Source: a virus | Taxonomy: Duplodnaviria > Caudoviricetes | Length of the DNA stretch: 64,000 nucleotides | Virus record (IMG/VR): IMGVR_UViG_3300042914_002678 | Strand: one strand, 5' to 3' | Part shown: in pieces, positions 53,683-62,175 of the stretch | Position numbering within the stretch: position 1 is the first letter of the stretch | Layout: the number at the start of each line of letters is the position of its first letter | Notes under the pieces: generated by a model | Databases searched by the model: none | What the model was told of the DNA's origin: nothing | Seen by the model: the letters and a program-made list of their open reading frames with translations, nothing else | Translations under genes and position numbers: made by a program

Positions 53683-56174
53683 GATTTTACACTAATGTTC
53701 AATTGATTGGAAATCAATTTTTGGTTCGTGGCGTTGAAGATGATAAAAGATTTGAGACAAGAGATGAGTTTTTCCCAACTCTATTTGTAAAGACAAAAAA
53801 AGATTCTAAGTATAGAACATTAGGTGGAGAAGCAGTAGAACCAATCAATCCAGGAACAGTTCGTGACTGTCGTGAGTTCTACAAAAAGTATGATGAGATT
53901 GATGGGTTTGAAATCTACGGTAATGATCGTTACATCTACCAATATATCTCAGAGAAATACCCTGAAGATGAAATCAAGTTTGACATTAGTAAAATCAAAC
54001 TTGTAACTCTTGATATTGAGGTTGCTTCTGAAGAAGGATTCCCTGATGTAGAATCTTGCTCAGAAGAAATCCTTGCAATCACAATTCAGGACTACACCAC
54101 TAAAAAGATTATTACTTGGGGAGTAAAACCATTCAACAATAAACAAAAGAATGTTACTTACCATCACTGCCCAAGTGAGTATGAACTTCTGAATCACTTT
54201 ATCAACTATTGGATGGTTGATGTTCCTGATGTGATTACTGGTTGGAACATTCAGTTGTATGATATTCCATATATCTGTAAGCGTTTGAATCGTGTTCTTG
54301 GTGAAAAACTAATGAAGCGTTTTTCGAACTGGGGACTGGTTACTGAAGGCGAAGTTTTTATCAATGGACGTAAGCACACGACATTTGATGTTGGTGGTTT
54401 GACTCAATTAGACTATCTTGACCTCTATAAGAAGTTCACTTATAAGGCACAAGAATCATACCGTCTTGACTATATTGCTGAAGTAGAACTGGGGCAAAAG
54501 AAACTAGACCACTCTGAGTTTGATACCTTTAAGGACTTCTATACTCAAGGTTGGCAAAAGTTTATTGAATACAACATCGTTGACGTGGAACTTGTTGACC
54601 GTTTGGAAGACAAGATGAAACTGATTGAACTTGCACTTACGATGGCATACGACGCAAAGGTAAACTATGCGGATGTGTTCTATCAGGTAAGGATGTGGGA
54701 CAATATTATCTACAACTATCTTAAGAAGCGGGATATTGTCATTCCTCCAAGGAACAAATCTCAGAAGAATGAAAAGTATGCTGGTGCATATGTAAAAGAA
54801 CCAAAACCTGGTAGGTATGATTGGGTTGTGAACTTTGACCTTAACTCACTGTATCCACACTTGATTATGCAATACAACATCTCCCCAGAAACTCTGGTTG
54901 ATGAAAGGCACCCAACAGTAAGTGTTGACAAAATCCTCAATCAATCAATTAACTTTGAGATGTATAAGGACTATGCAGTATGTGCTAATGGTGCAATGTT
55001 CCGAAAGGACATTCGTGGATTCCTTCCAGAACTGATGGAAAAAATGTATCAGGATAGGGTCATCTTCAAGAAGAAGATGATTGCTGCAAAGAAAGAGTAT
55101 GAGAAAACCAAAAACAAAGAATTGGTAAAAGAGATTGCCCGCTGTAATAACATTCAGATGGCAAAGAAGATTTCTCTAAACTCTGCTTATGGTGCCATCG
55201 GAAATCAATACTTCCGTTATTATAAACTTGCAAATGCAGAAGCAATCACTCTGTCTGGTCAAGTTTCAATTCGGTGGATTGAAAACAAGATGAACACTTA
55301 TATAAACAAACTACTCAAGACTGAAGATGTTGATTACGTTATTGCTTCGGATACTGATTCTATCTATCTTAATATGGGTCCTTTGGTTGAGACTGTATAC
55401 AAAGGAAGAGAGAAAACTACTGAAGGCATTGTTTCGTTCCTTGATAAGGTCGCTTCAATGGAACTTGAAAAGTATATTGAGGGTTCTTACCAAGAACTGG
55501 CGACCTATGTGAATGCTTATGACCAGAAGATGCAAATGAAGCGAGAGAACATCGCTGACCGTGGCATCTGGACTGCGAAGAAGCGATACATCCTTAATGT
55601 ATGGGACAGTGAAGGTGTCCGATATGAGGAACCTAAACTCAAGATGATGGGTATTGAGGCAGTTAAATCTTCTACCCCAGCACCTTGCCGTAAAATGATT
55701 AAGGATGCTCTTAAGTTGATGATGAGTGGAACTGAAGATGAAGTTATTGACTTTATTGAAAATTCCCGTAAGGAGTTCAAGTCTTTACCTCCAGAGCAAA
55801 TTTCATTCCCTCGTTCTGCATCTGATGTTGTTAAATATCAGTCATCTTCCGACATTTATATAAAAGGAACTCCGATTCATGTTCGCGGAGCACTTCTGTT
55901 CAATCACTACGTTAAAGAGAATAAGTTGACTAATAAGTATTCTCTAATTCAAAACGGCGAGAAGATTAAGTTTGTATACTTGAAAAAACCAAACACAATA
56001 CACGAGAATGTGATCTCCTTTATTCAAGAATTTCCAAAGGAACTTAACCTTGACAGATACATAGACTATGAACTACAATTTGAGAAAGCATTTCTAGAAC
56101 CACTCAAGATTATCCTTGATTCGATTGGGTGGTCTGTAGAAAAAACTGTAAACCTTGATTCCTTTTTTGCTTGA
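53679..56174 (+). CDS. gp43: DNA polymerase gp43 (family B)
   Basis: Exonuclease motifs LDIE, GWNIQLYD and YNIVD; polymerase motifs FDLNSLYP, KISLNSAYG and SDTDS. 831 aa with no visible intein. Confidence 0.98.
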   Translation: MRFYTNVQLIGNQFLVRGVEDDKRFETRDEFFPTLFVKTKKDSKYRTLGGEAVEPINPGTVRDCREFYKKYDEIDGFEIYGNDRYIYQYISEKYPEDEIKFDISKIKLVTLDIEVASEEGFPDVESCSEEILAITIQDYTTKKIITWGVKPFNNKQKNVTYHHCPSEYELLNHFINYWMVDVPDVITGWNIQLYDIPYICKRLNRVLGEKLMKRFSNWGLVTEGEVFINGRKHTTFDVGGLTQLDYLDLYKKFTYKAQESYRLDYIAEVELGQKKLDHSEFDTFKDFYTQGWQKFIEYNIVDVELVDRLEDKMKLIELALTMAYDAKVNYADVFYQVRMWDNIIYNYLKKRDIVIPPRNKSQKNEKYAGAYVKEPKPGRYDWVVNFDLNSLYPHLIMQYNISPETLVDERHPTVSVDKILNQSINFEMYKDYAVCANGAMFRKDIRGFLPELMEKMYQDRVIFKKKMIAAKKEYEKTKNKELVKEIARCNNIQMAKKISLNSAYGAIGNQYFRYYKLANAEAITLSGQVSIRWIENKMNTYINKLLKTEDVDYVIASDTDSIYLNMGPLVETVYKGREKTTEGIVSFLDKVASMELEKYIEGSYQELATYVNAYDQKMQMKRENIADRGIWTAKKRYILNVWDSEGVRYEEPKLKMMGIEAVKSSTPAPCRKMIKDALKLMMSGTEDEVIDFIENSRKEFKSLPPEQISFPRSASDVVKYQSSSDIYIKGTPIHVRGALLFNHYVKENKLTNKYSLIQNGEKIKFVYLKKPNTIHENVISFIQEFPKELNLDRYIDYELQFEKAFLEPLKIILDSIGWSVEKTVNLDSFFA

Positions 56175-56338
56175 TGGACTTGCCTATTAACGACGATGAA
56201 CTGAATACTATTATTAGTGCTATGCATCTTGGTGGAGATGTTGCACTTTATCAAAAACTAAAACTGGTGAAAGAACTGCGAGAGCAAGGTTTGCCTTATA
56301 AAAAAATACTTCGTGAACAGTATGGGATGGTGGCATGA
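56174..56338 (+). CDS. 54-aa hypothetical protein (missed by the ORF track)
   Basis: MDLPINDDELNTIISAMHLGGDVALYQKLKLVKELREQGLPYKKILREQYGMVA*; ATG overlaps the gp43 stop. Confidence 0.65.
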   Translation: MDLPINDDELNTIISAMHLGGDVALYQKLKLVKELREQGLPYKKILREQYGMVA

Positions 56339-56466
56339 TGATTAAAGTAAAGTATTATCTTAAAGAGTTTCCAAATACAACACTCTTTAAGTTTTTTAGA
56401 ACTGAAGAGGCAGTAGAGATGTTTAAATCTCAAAATCCAGATTATGTTTTTATTGGGGATAAGTGA
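56335..56466 (+). CDS. 43-aa hypothetical protein (missed by the ORF track)
   Basis: MMIKVKYYLKEFPNTTLFKFFRTEEAVEMFKSQNPDYVFIGDK*; overlaps both neighbours. Confidence 0.55.
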   Translation: MMIKVKYYLKEFPNTTLFKFFRTEEAVEMFKSQNPDYVFIGDK

Positions 56467-57467
56467 TGGATTTTCTTAAAGATATTGTAAAAGAGATTGG
56501 TGATGACTTTACTAAGTTAGCATCAGACATTGACGAAACAGAAACTTATGTTGACACGGGTTCATACATTTTTAATGCACTGGTTTCAGGTAGCATATTT
56601 GGTGGTGTATCTGGCAATAAGATTACTGCTATTGCTGGAGAGTCTAGTACTGGAAAAACTTTCTTCAGTCTCGCCGTTGTTAAGAATTTTCTTGATTCCA
56701 ATCCCGATGGGTATTGTCTCTATTTTGATACTGAAGCTGCTATTACTAAATCCCTTGTAGAATCGCGTGGAATTGATACTTCTCGTCTTGTGGTTGTTAA
56801 TGTTGTTACTATTGAAGAATTTCGTGGAAAGGCACTCAAAGCAGTAGATATGTATCTTAAGAAACCCTTAGAAGAACGCAAACCGTGCATGTTTGTGCTA
56901 GACTCTTTGGGTATGCTTTCCACAGAGAAAGAAATTACTGATGCACTAAACGATAAGCAAGTTCGTGATATGACTAAATCACAACTGGTAAAAGGTGCAT
57001 TCCGAATGCTCACACTCAAACTAGGTCAAGCAAATGTCCCGCTCATTGTCACAAATCATACATACGATGTCATCGGAGCTTACGTACCAACTAAAGAAAT
57101 GGGAGGAGGTTCTGGACTCAAATACGCAGCAAGTACGATCATTTATCTCAGCAAAAAGAAAGAAAAGGATGGAACGGAAGTGGTCGGAAATATTATCAAA
57201 GCTAAGACTGCTAAATCGCGTTTGAGTAAGGAGAACAAAGATGTTGAAGTCCGTTTGTATTATGATGAGCGCGGTCTTGATCGTTACTATGGTCTTCTGG
57301 AACTTGGTGAACTTGGTGGACTCTGGAAGAATGTAGCAGGACGTTATGAGATTGATGGTAAAAAGATTTATGCTAAGCAAATTCTAAAAGAACCTGAAGT
57401 ATATTTCACTGAAGAAGTGATGCAACAATTGGATGAAATTGCAAGGAAAGAATTTAGTTATGGATAA
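56466..57467 (+). CDS. uvsX: RecA-like recombinase UvsX
   Basis: AGESSTGKT, YFDTEAA, LDSLG, NHTY and MGGGSG motifs. Confidence 0.96.
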   Translation: MDFLKDIVKEIGDDFTKLASDIDETETYVDTGSYIFNALVSGSIFGGVSGNKITAIAGESSTGKTFFSLAVVKNFLDSNPDGYCLYFDTEAAITKSLVESRGIDTSRLVVVNVVTIEEFRGKALKAVDMYLKKPLEERKPCMFVLDSLGMLSTEKEITDALNDKQVRDMTKSQLVKGAFRMLTLKLGQANVPLIVTNHTYDVIGAYVPTKEMGGGSGLKYAASTIIYLSKKKEKDGTEVVGNIIKAKTAKSRLSKENKDVEVRLYYDERGLDRYYGLLELGELGGLWKNVAGRYEIDGKKIYAKQILKEPEVYFTEEVMQQLDEIARKEFSYG

Positions 57468-58017
57468 ACTTTCTGATTTAATCAGGGTTTATGATAATGC
57501 ACTGGATAATAAAATCTGCACACTGCTTATTCAAAAATTTGAGGAATTGAAAGGAGACCAGGAAAGAGTTGAACAACAAAGAAAACCAGATTTTACACAA
57601 CTCAATCTTACTCAGATTTCTAATAAAACTCCAGAACTAAATTATCTACATCAATTTTTAATAAAGTCTGCTCTTGAATATAAAAAGAAATATTATTCCC
57701 ACATTGGTGATTGGAAGTTTCCAACAAAAAATGGATTTGAAGAATTCAGAGTAAAAAGGTATCTTAATAACGGTAACGATGTATTTGAACGTCATATTGA
57801 TGTCAATGATTATGCATCTGCCAGAAGATATCTTTCTTTTTTGTGGTACTTGAATGATGTTAAAGATGGTGGAGAAACAGTTTTTGATAATTTGACTATC
57901 AAACCAGAAACTGGTAAATTAATTATCTTCCCTCCTATGTGGATGTTTCCTCATAGTGGAGAGTGTCCTGTTAGTAATACAAAGTATATCGTTAGCACCT
58001 ATTTACATTATATCTGA
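57460..58017 (+). CDS. 2OG-Fe(II) oxygenase (prolyl-4-hydroxylase-like)
   Basis: HID...R.LSFLWYLND..GGET...GKLIIFP...PH...K motif set. Start set at ATG 57460. Confidence 0.88.
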   Translation: MDKLSDLIRVYDNALDNKICTLLIQKFEELKGDQERVEQQRKPDFTQLNLTQISNKTPELNYLHQFLIKSALEYKKKYYSHIGDWKFPTKNGFEEFRVKRYLNNGNDVFERHIDVNDYASARRYLSFLWYLNDVKDGGETVFDNLTIKPETGKLIIFPPMWMFPHSGECPVSNTKYIVSTYLHYI

Positions 58018-59393
58018 TGGATAAAGTTGAAATTCTAATTCTTCGCAATCTCCTTCATAATGAGGAATACATCCGAAAGGTAGTTCCTTTTATTAAGTCT
58101 GATTATTTTGAAGAAACAAACCAAAAAATTATTTTTGAAGAAATACTCAAATTTATTCAAGAATATAACCAACCAGCGACTAAAGAAGTTCTTTGTATTG
58201 AAGTAGAAAATAGGCAAGACATAAACGATTCCTCCTTTAAAGAGATTACGCAACTTATCAGTTATCTTGATGATGAACCATCTGAATTTAATTGGTTGGT
58301 TGATACCACTGAGAAGTGGTGTCGAGATCGTGCAATCTATCTTGCTCTTATGGAATCAATCCATATTGCAGATGGTAAAGATGATAAGAAAAATCGTGAC
58401 AGCATACCTAGTATTCTATCTGATGCTCTTGCAGTATCTTTTGACACAAACATTGGTCACGATTACCTGCTAGACTATGAAAAACGTTATGAATCTTATC
58501 ATAAGAAAGAAGACAAGATTGAATTTGACCTCGAATACTTTAACAAAATCACAAAGGGTGGTTTACCTAATAAGACTCTCAATATCGCTCTTGCTGGTAC
58601 GGGTGTCGGAAAAAGTCTCTTTATGTGCCATGTTGCTGCTTCCGTCTTATTGCAAGGCAGGAACGTTCTCTACATCACTCTTGAAATGGCGGAGGAACGA
58701 ATTGCTGAGCGAATTGATGCAAACCTCCTCAATGTCCCGATTCAGGATATTGCAGAACTACCAAAGCAGATGTTTGAAAATAAAGTAACGAATCTTTCAA
58801 AGAAAACTCAGGGAACTCTAATTATCAAAGAGTATCCAACTGCTTCTGCTCATGCTGGACACTTCAAGTCACTTCTTAATGAACTTGCACTTAAGAAGTC
58901 ATTTAGACCTGATATTATTTTCATTGACTACCTTAATATTTGTGCTTCCTCTAGGTATCGCGGAAATAGTAACATCAATTCCTATACGTTTGTAAAAGCA
59001 ATTGCTGAGGAACTTAGGGGACTTGCCGTTGAGTTTAATGTTCCAATTGTCTCCGCTACCCAGACCACTCGTTCAGGTTATGGTTCTTCTGATGTTGAAC
59101 TTACTGATACTTCTGAATCCTTTGGTCTCCCTGCTACTGCTGATCTTATGTTTGCCCTTATTAGCACTGAAGAATTGGAGGGATTGGGACAGATACTTGT
59201 AAAACAACTTAAGAATCGTTATAACGACCCTACCATTCATAAGCGGTTTGTGGTTGGTATTGATAGAGCAAAGATGCGTCTTTATGATTGTGAACAGTCT
59301 GCTCAACAGGATATCCTTGACAATGGAAAGGATGAAGAGTATGATTATGAAGAAAGAAAACCTAAAAAATCATTTGAGGGATTCAAGTTTTGA
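58017..59393 (+). CDS. gp41: Replicative DNA helicase gp41
   Basis: AGTGVGKS, ITLEMAEE, IDYLN, SATQTTR, SESFG and KNRY motifs. Confidence 0.97.
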   Translation: MDKVEILILRNLLHNEEYIRKVVPFIKSDYFEETNQKIIFEEILKFIQEYNQPATKEVLCIEVENRQDINDSSFKEITQLISYLDDEPSEFNWLVDTTEKWCRDRAIYLALMESIHIADGKDDKKNRDSIPSILSDALAVSFDTNIGHDYLLDYEKRYESYHKKEDKIEFDLEYFNKITKGGLPNKTLNIALAGTGVGKSLFMCHVAASVLLQGRNVLYITLEMAEERIAERIDANLLNVPIQDIAELPKQMFENKVTNLSKKTQGTLIIKEYPTASAHAGHFKSLLNELALKKSFRPDIIFIDYLNICASSRYRGNSNINSYTFVKAIAEELRGLAVEFNVPIVSATQTTRSGYGSSDVELTDTSESFGLPATADLMFALISTEELEGLGQILVKQLKNRYNDPTIHKRFVVGIDRAKMRLYDCEQSAQQDILDNGKDEEYDYEERKPKKSFEGFKF

Positions 59394-59677
59394 TTTACTA
59401 CACGGTATTTGATGCAAATGGTAACAAGATTGCCGATTGTGGTGATGAAGGAGATGCTAAGTGGTTGGCAGAATGTCGCAGAGGCACTTATAAAACCAAC
59501 AGACTTGACTGGAGCGTAACTATTGATGTAGAATTGCCAAGATTTGAACTTCCTGTCCACCAAGTTGTTCCTAAAGAATATTGGAATTCTATGTATCCAG
59601 ACATTCCAGATGACATTGATGAACCGATTGTTAAACAACTTTCTGAATCTGACCTAGAAAAATTTACTGTTAATTGA
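59390..59677 (+). CDS. Hypothetical protein
   Basis: 95 aa filling the gp41-mazG gap, overlapping the gp41 stop and ending 1 nt before mazG. Confidence 0.65.
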   Translation: MIYYTVFDANGNKIADCGDEGDAKWLAECRRGTYKTNRLDWSVTIDVELPRFELPVHQVVPKEYWNSMYPDIPDDIDEPIVKQLSESDLEKFTVN

Positions 59678-59678
59678 T

Positions 59679-60092
59679 ATGACTAAAGTTATTGACTCTG
59701 ATAAGTATATTGAATTTGTGCGCCAAACGACAAGTCCTGCCAGTAGTGACTTTGCACAACTTCTCACTCGAATGACTGAACTTGAAGCAAATGATGATGC
59801 AGATGTTCCCCGTCTCTTGACTGCTGCTTTTGGTATTAGTGCGGAAGCAGGTGAGTTTACTGAAGTTGTTAAAAAGATTTTCCTTCAAGGAAAACCTTAT
59901 AATGAAGATAATGTTTTTCACATGAAGCGTGAACTTGGAGATATCTGCTGGTATATTGCTCAAGCGTGTATGGCACTTGATACTAACTTTCGTGAGATTA
60001 TGGAAATGAATTATGAGAAGTTAAGTGCTCGTTATCCTGACGGTACATTTGATGTTTACCGTTCTGAAAATCGTGTGGAGGGAGATCTGTGA
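59679..60092 (+). CDS. mazG: MazG-like nucleoside triphosphate pyrophosphohydrolase
   Basis: AEAGEFTEVVKK, RELGDICWY and NYEKLSARY motifs. Confidence 0.93.
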   Translation: MTKVIDSDKYIEFVRQTTSPASSDFAQLLTRMTELEANDDADVPRLLTAAFGISAEAGEFTEVVKKIFLQGKPYNEDNVFHMKRELGDICWYIAQACMALDTNFREIMEMNYEKLSARYPDGTFDVYRSENRVEGDL

Positions 60093-60274
60093 CTAAAGAA
60101 AAACAAGTTACACTTAAACTAGATGCACGTTGTGCTGCAGCAGTTCGTCAAGTTCTATTTGATGCACAGAAAGGATACACTTATGATGAAGTGAGTGTTC
60201 CTCCTCGTGTCTCTGATATTCGTGGAGTAATTCAACAACTTGATGATAATATTGGCGCTGTCCTTGGTGTTTGA
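60089..60274 (+). CDS. Small hypothetical protein
   Basis: 61 aa, GTG start overlapping the mazG stop. Confidence 0.65.
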   Translation: MTKEKQVTLKLDARCAAAVRQVLFDAQKGYTYDEVSVPPRVSDIRGVIQQLDDNIGAVLGV

Positions 60275-60293
60275 CCCTTCGGGGTCTTTTTTT
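60273..60293 (+). terminator. Rho-independent terminator with UUCG tetraloop
   Basis: GACCC-TTCG-GGGTC followed by a run of T. Confidence 0.88.
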
Positions 60294-60300
60294 ATAAATA
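60293..60300 (+). promoter_or_regulatory. Late promoter (TATAAATA)
   Basis: Perfect consensus fused to the terminator T-tract. Confidence 0.75.
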
Positions 60301-60322
60301 TCTAAAAAAGTATTTGTAAAAA

Positions 60323-60679
60323 ATGGACTCTAAAGAACTACGCGGTTTGATGGAAGCATATGCCGCAGTTTATGCCCCAAAAGAAAAAATTGAAGAAGCA
60401 ATGCATGAAGATGAAGATGAAGAAGATGAGAAGGAAATGAAAAAAGGTAAGAAGTCCAAAAAGTCTGAAGAAGACGAAGAGGGCGATGAAGAGGAAGATG
60501 AAGATCTAAAAGAAGCATCTTACTCCGCAAAGGCAGCAAGAGCAGGTAAGGATATTGGCAAACCTGGTAAAGCATTTGCAAAGATTGCAAAGTCTGCTGC
60601 AAAGCGTTATGGTTCTGAAGAGCGTGGTAAAAAGGTAGCAGGAGCAATCCTTGCAAAACTACGTGCTAAGAAGGGTTAA
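60323..60679 (+). CDS. Probable internal head protein (acidic linker plus basic C-terminal module)
   Basis: LMEAYAAVY N-terminus, IEE/A and LKE/A junctions, a D/E tract and a K/A/G-rich tail; late promoter upstream. Confidence 0.65.
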   Translation: MDSKELRGLMEAYAAVYAPKEKIEEAMHEDEDEEDEKEMKKGKKSKKSEEDEEGDEEEDEDLKEASYSAKAARAGKDIGKPGKAFAKIAKSAAKRYGSEERGKKVAGAILAKLRAKKG

Positions 60680-60703
60680 TAAATAACCACGGAAGGTTGC
60701 TCC

Positions 60704-60739
60704 AACCCACTTGACTTTTAGTTAAGTGGGTTTTATAAT
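60704..60739 (+). promoter_or_regulatory. Near-consensus sigma70 promoter for the tRNA, overlapped by an inverted repeat
   Basis: TTGACT (60711-16), 17 nt spacer, TATAAT (60734-39). AACCCACTT (60704-12) pairs with AAGTGGGTT (60724-32). Confidence 0.8.
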
Positions 60740-60748
60740 ATCTGCATC

Positions 60749-60821
60749 GGGGAATTAGCTTAGTTGGTAGAGCGCCTGCTTTGCACGCAGGAGGTCAGGA
60801 GTTCGAGTCTCCTATTCTCCA
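60749..60821 (+). tRNA. tRNA-Ala (anticodon UGC), CCA not encoded
   Basis: Cloverleaf: acceptor GGGGAAT/ATTCTCC with the G3:U70 Ala identity pair, D-loop AGTTGGTA, anticodon stem CCTGC/GCAGG with loop TTTGCAC, T-loop TTCGAGT. Confidence 0.96.
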
Positions 60822-60824
60822 TTT

Positions 60825-60831
60825 CTAAATA
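60825..60831 (+). promoter_or_regulatory. Late promoter variant (CTAAATA)
   Basis: Between the tRNA and ORF 60845. Confidence 0.5.
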
Positions 60832-60844
60832 AAAATAAAACACG

Positions 60845-62149
60845 ATGGCTGTTTTAAATAGCACTTCTCCAGGACAACTTGGCAAATACGTTTTGCCAAC
60901 AATAGAAATAATCAGAACTGGAACAGTAACTACAGCAACAAAAACCTTTAAATTAACTAAAGGTAAGTTTAATGAAGATGCAATAAAAAAATTTGCCGAT
61001 GTTGGAATGAAGGGGTCTTCTCATCAAAAAGAAGCTTTACAAATTCCTCTAGAAACTACAGACCCAAAAAATAAATATGTTAATATTGGTAGATTAAATA
61101 AGCCTAATATAAAATACAATCTTGGTGACATGGCAGAAGGAGTTGTTGGGGCAGCTATCACCGCTAGATTTATATACAAAAATAGAAATATAAATTCTCA
61201 ACTTGTATATGGAGTTTTGAGAACTTTGGCGAAGGCTGGAACTAGTAACTATCCAGGAAAGAAAGGTAAACAAGTTGAAAAAACATTTAAGTCTGCGAAT
61301 GCAAACCCAAAAATTATGGATGATGTTAGATGTTTTATATCTTTAGCCGAAGTAAATATGAGTGCTTTGCTTGAGAGAAGTAAGGAATCTATATTAAAAG
61401 AATATGTAGACTCCGCAGTAAAATATGCAAACAGTAATAATGTTAAGAAGTGGGCGGAGTTAGTTTATAACAATAATAGATATGACAAAATAGAAGTATT
61501 GTCTGATGGATTGGGGGGGCAAAAAACAACAAAAGTTGATGTCACTGTAAAAATTACTGATGATAAAGGAAAATTAATGCCGGTTGATATTTTAGTTTCA
61601 TTAAAAGCTGGTGATGTGAAACAATTTGGTCAAGTTTCTGGAGCAGAGTTTTCGAAACAAGAAGAACTATGGGAACGCTTATTTGGCTATAAAAAAATTA
61701 TCAAACCTTTGGAAAAAGAATATGAAAAGTTAATGTTTGTTGATAAGCAACCAGATGAAGCAGTATTTTTGGTATATCAAAAAGTAAGTCAACAACTGCA
61801 GTCAGATTTGAATAGTAATAAGTCTGAGGAAATTTTAAAAAAAATGTCAGCAGCTATAAAATATTTTGCTACCTTAAATGAAGATTACGTATCTCTTGTG
61901 CAAGTAGGTGGTGGTAAAGCAAAAATTTATAAGTTTGATAACATTTATGAAAAATTAATTGGAAGAGACTATAGATCATCCATAAAAACTGGAGCAAGTG
62001 GGTTGCCCACAATAATTATAAGTAGTGGTAATGAAGATCTAATTCAATTTAGAGTAAAACAAGAATTCAAATCTGATGGTAGTCCATATATAAGAAATTA
62101 CGTCGAAAAATTATCTTTACTTGGAGATTTGTTGGCAGAAACATTGTAA
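60845..62149 (+). CDS. Hypothetical protein, possible PD-(D/E)xK nuclease fold
   Basis: GDMAEG...KVDV...VSLKAG arrangement resembles E..D..(S/E)xK nuclease active sites; AT-rich coding sequence. Confidence 0.5.
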   Translation: MAVLNSTSPGQLGKYVLPTIEIIRTGTVTTATKTFKLTKGKFNEDAIKKFADVGMKGSSHQKEALQIPLETTDPKNKYVNIGRLNKPNIKYNLGDMAEGVVGAAITARFIYKNRNINSQLVYGVLRTLAKAGTSNYPGKKGKQVEKTFKSANANPKIMDDVRCFISLAEVNMSALLERSKESILKEYVDSAVKYANSNNVKKWAELVYNNNRYDKIEVLSDGLGGQKTTKVDVTVKITDDKGKLMPVDILVSLKAGDVKQFGQVSGAEFSKQEELWERLFGYKKIIKPLEKEYEKLMFVDKQPDEAVFLVYQKVSQQLQSDLNSNKSEEILKKMSAAIKYFATLNEDYVSLVQVGGGKAKIYKFDNIYEKLIGRDYRSSIKTGASGLPTIIISSGNEDLIQFRVKQEFKSDGSPYIRNYVEKLSLLGDLLAETL

Positions 62150-62155
62150 TAAATA
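62149..62155 (+). promoter_or_regulatory. Late promoter (ATAAATA)
   Basis: Overlaps the upstream stop, about 20 nt before ORF 62176. Confidence 0.7.
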
Positions 62156-62175
62156 AAGGTATAAGATTAAACAAT

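Noticed and set aside
26833-59393. Introns or inteins in gp17, gp20, gp23, uvsW, gp46, gp43, uvsX and gp41
   Set aside because: All are continuous ORFs of ordinary length with contiguous motifs; no intein or intron signature was seen.
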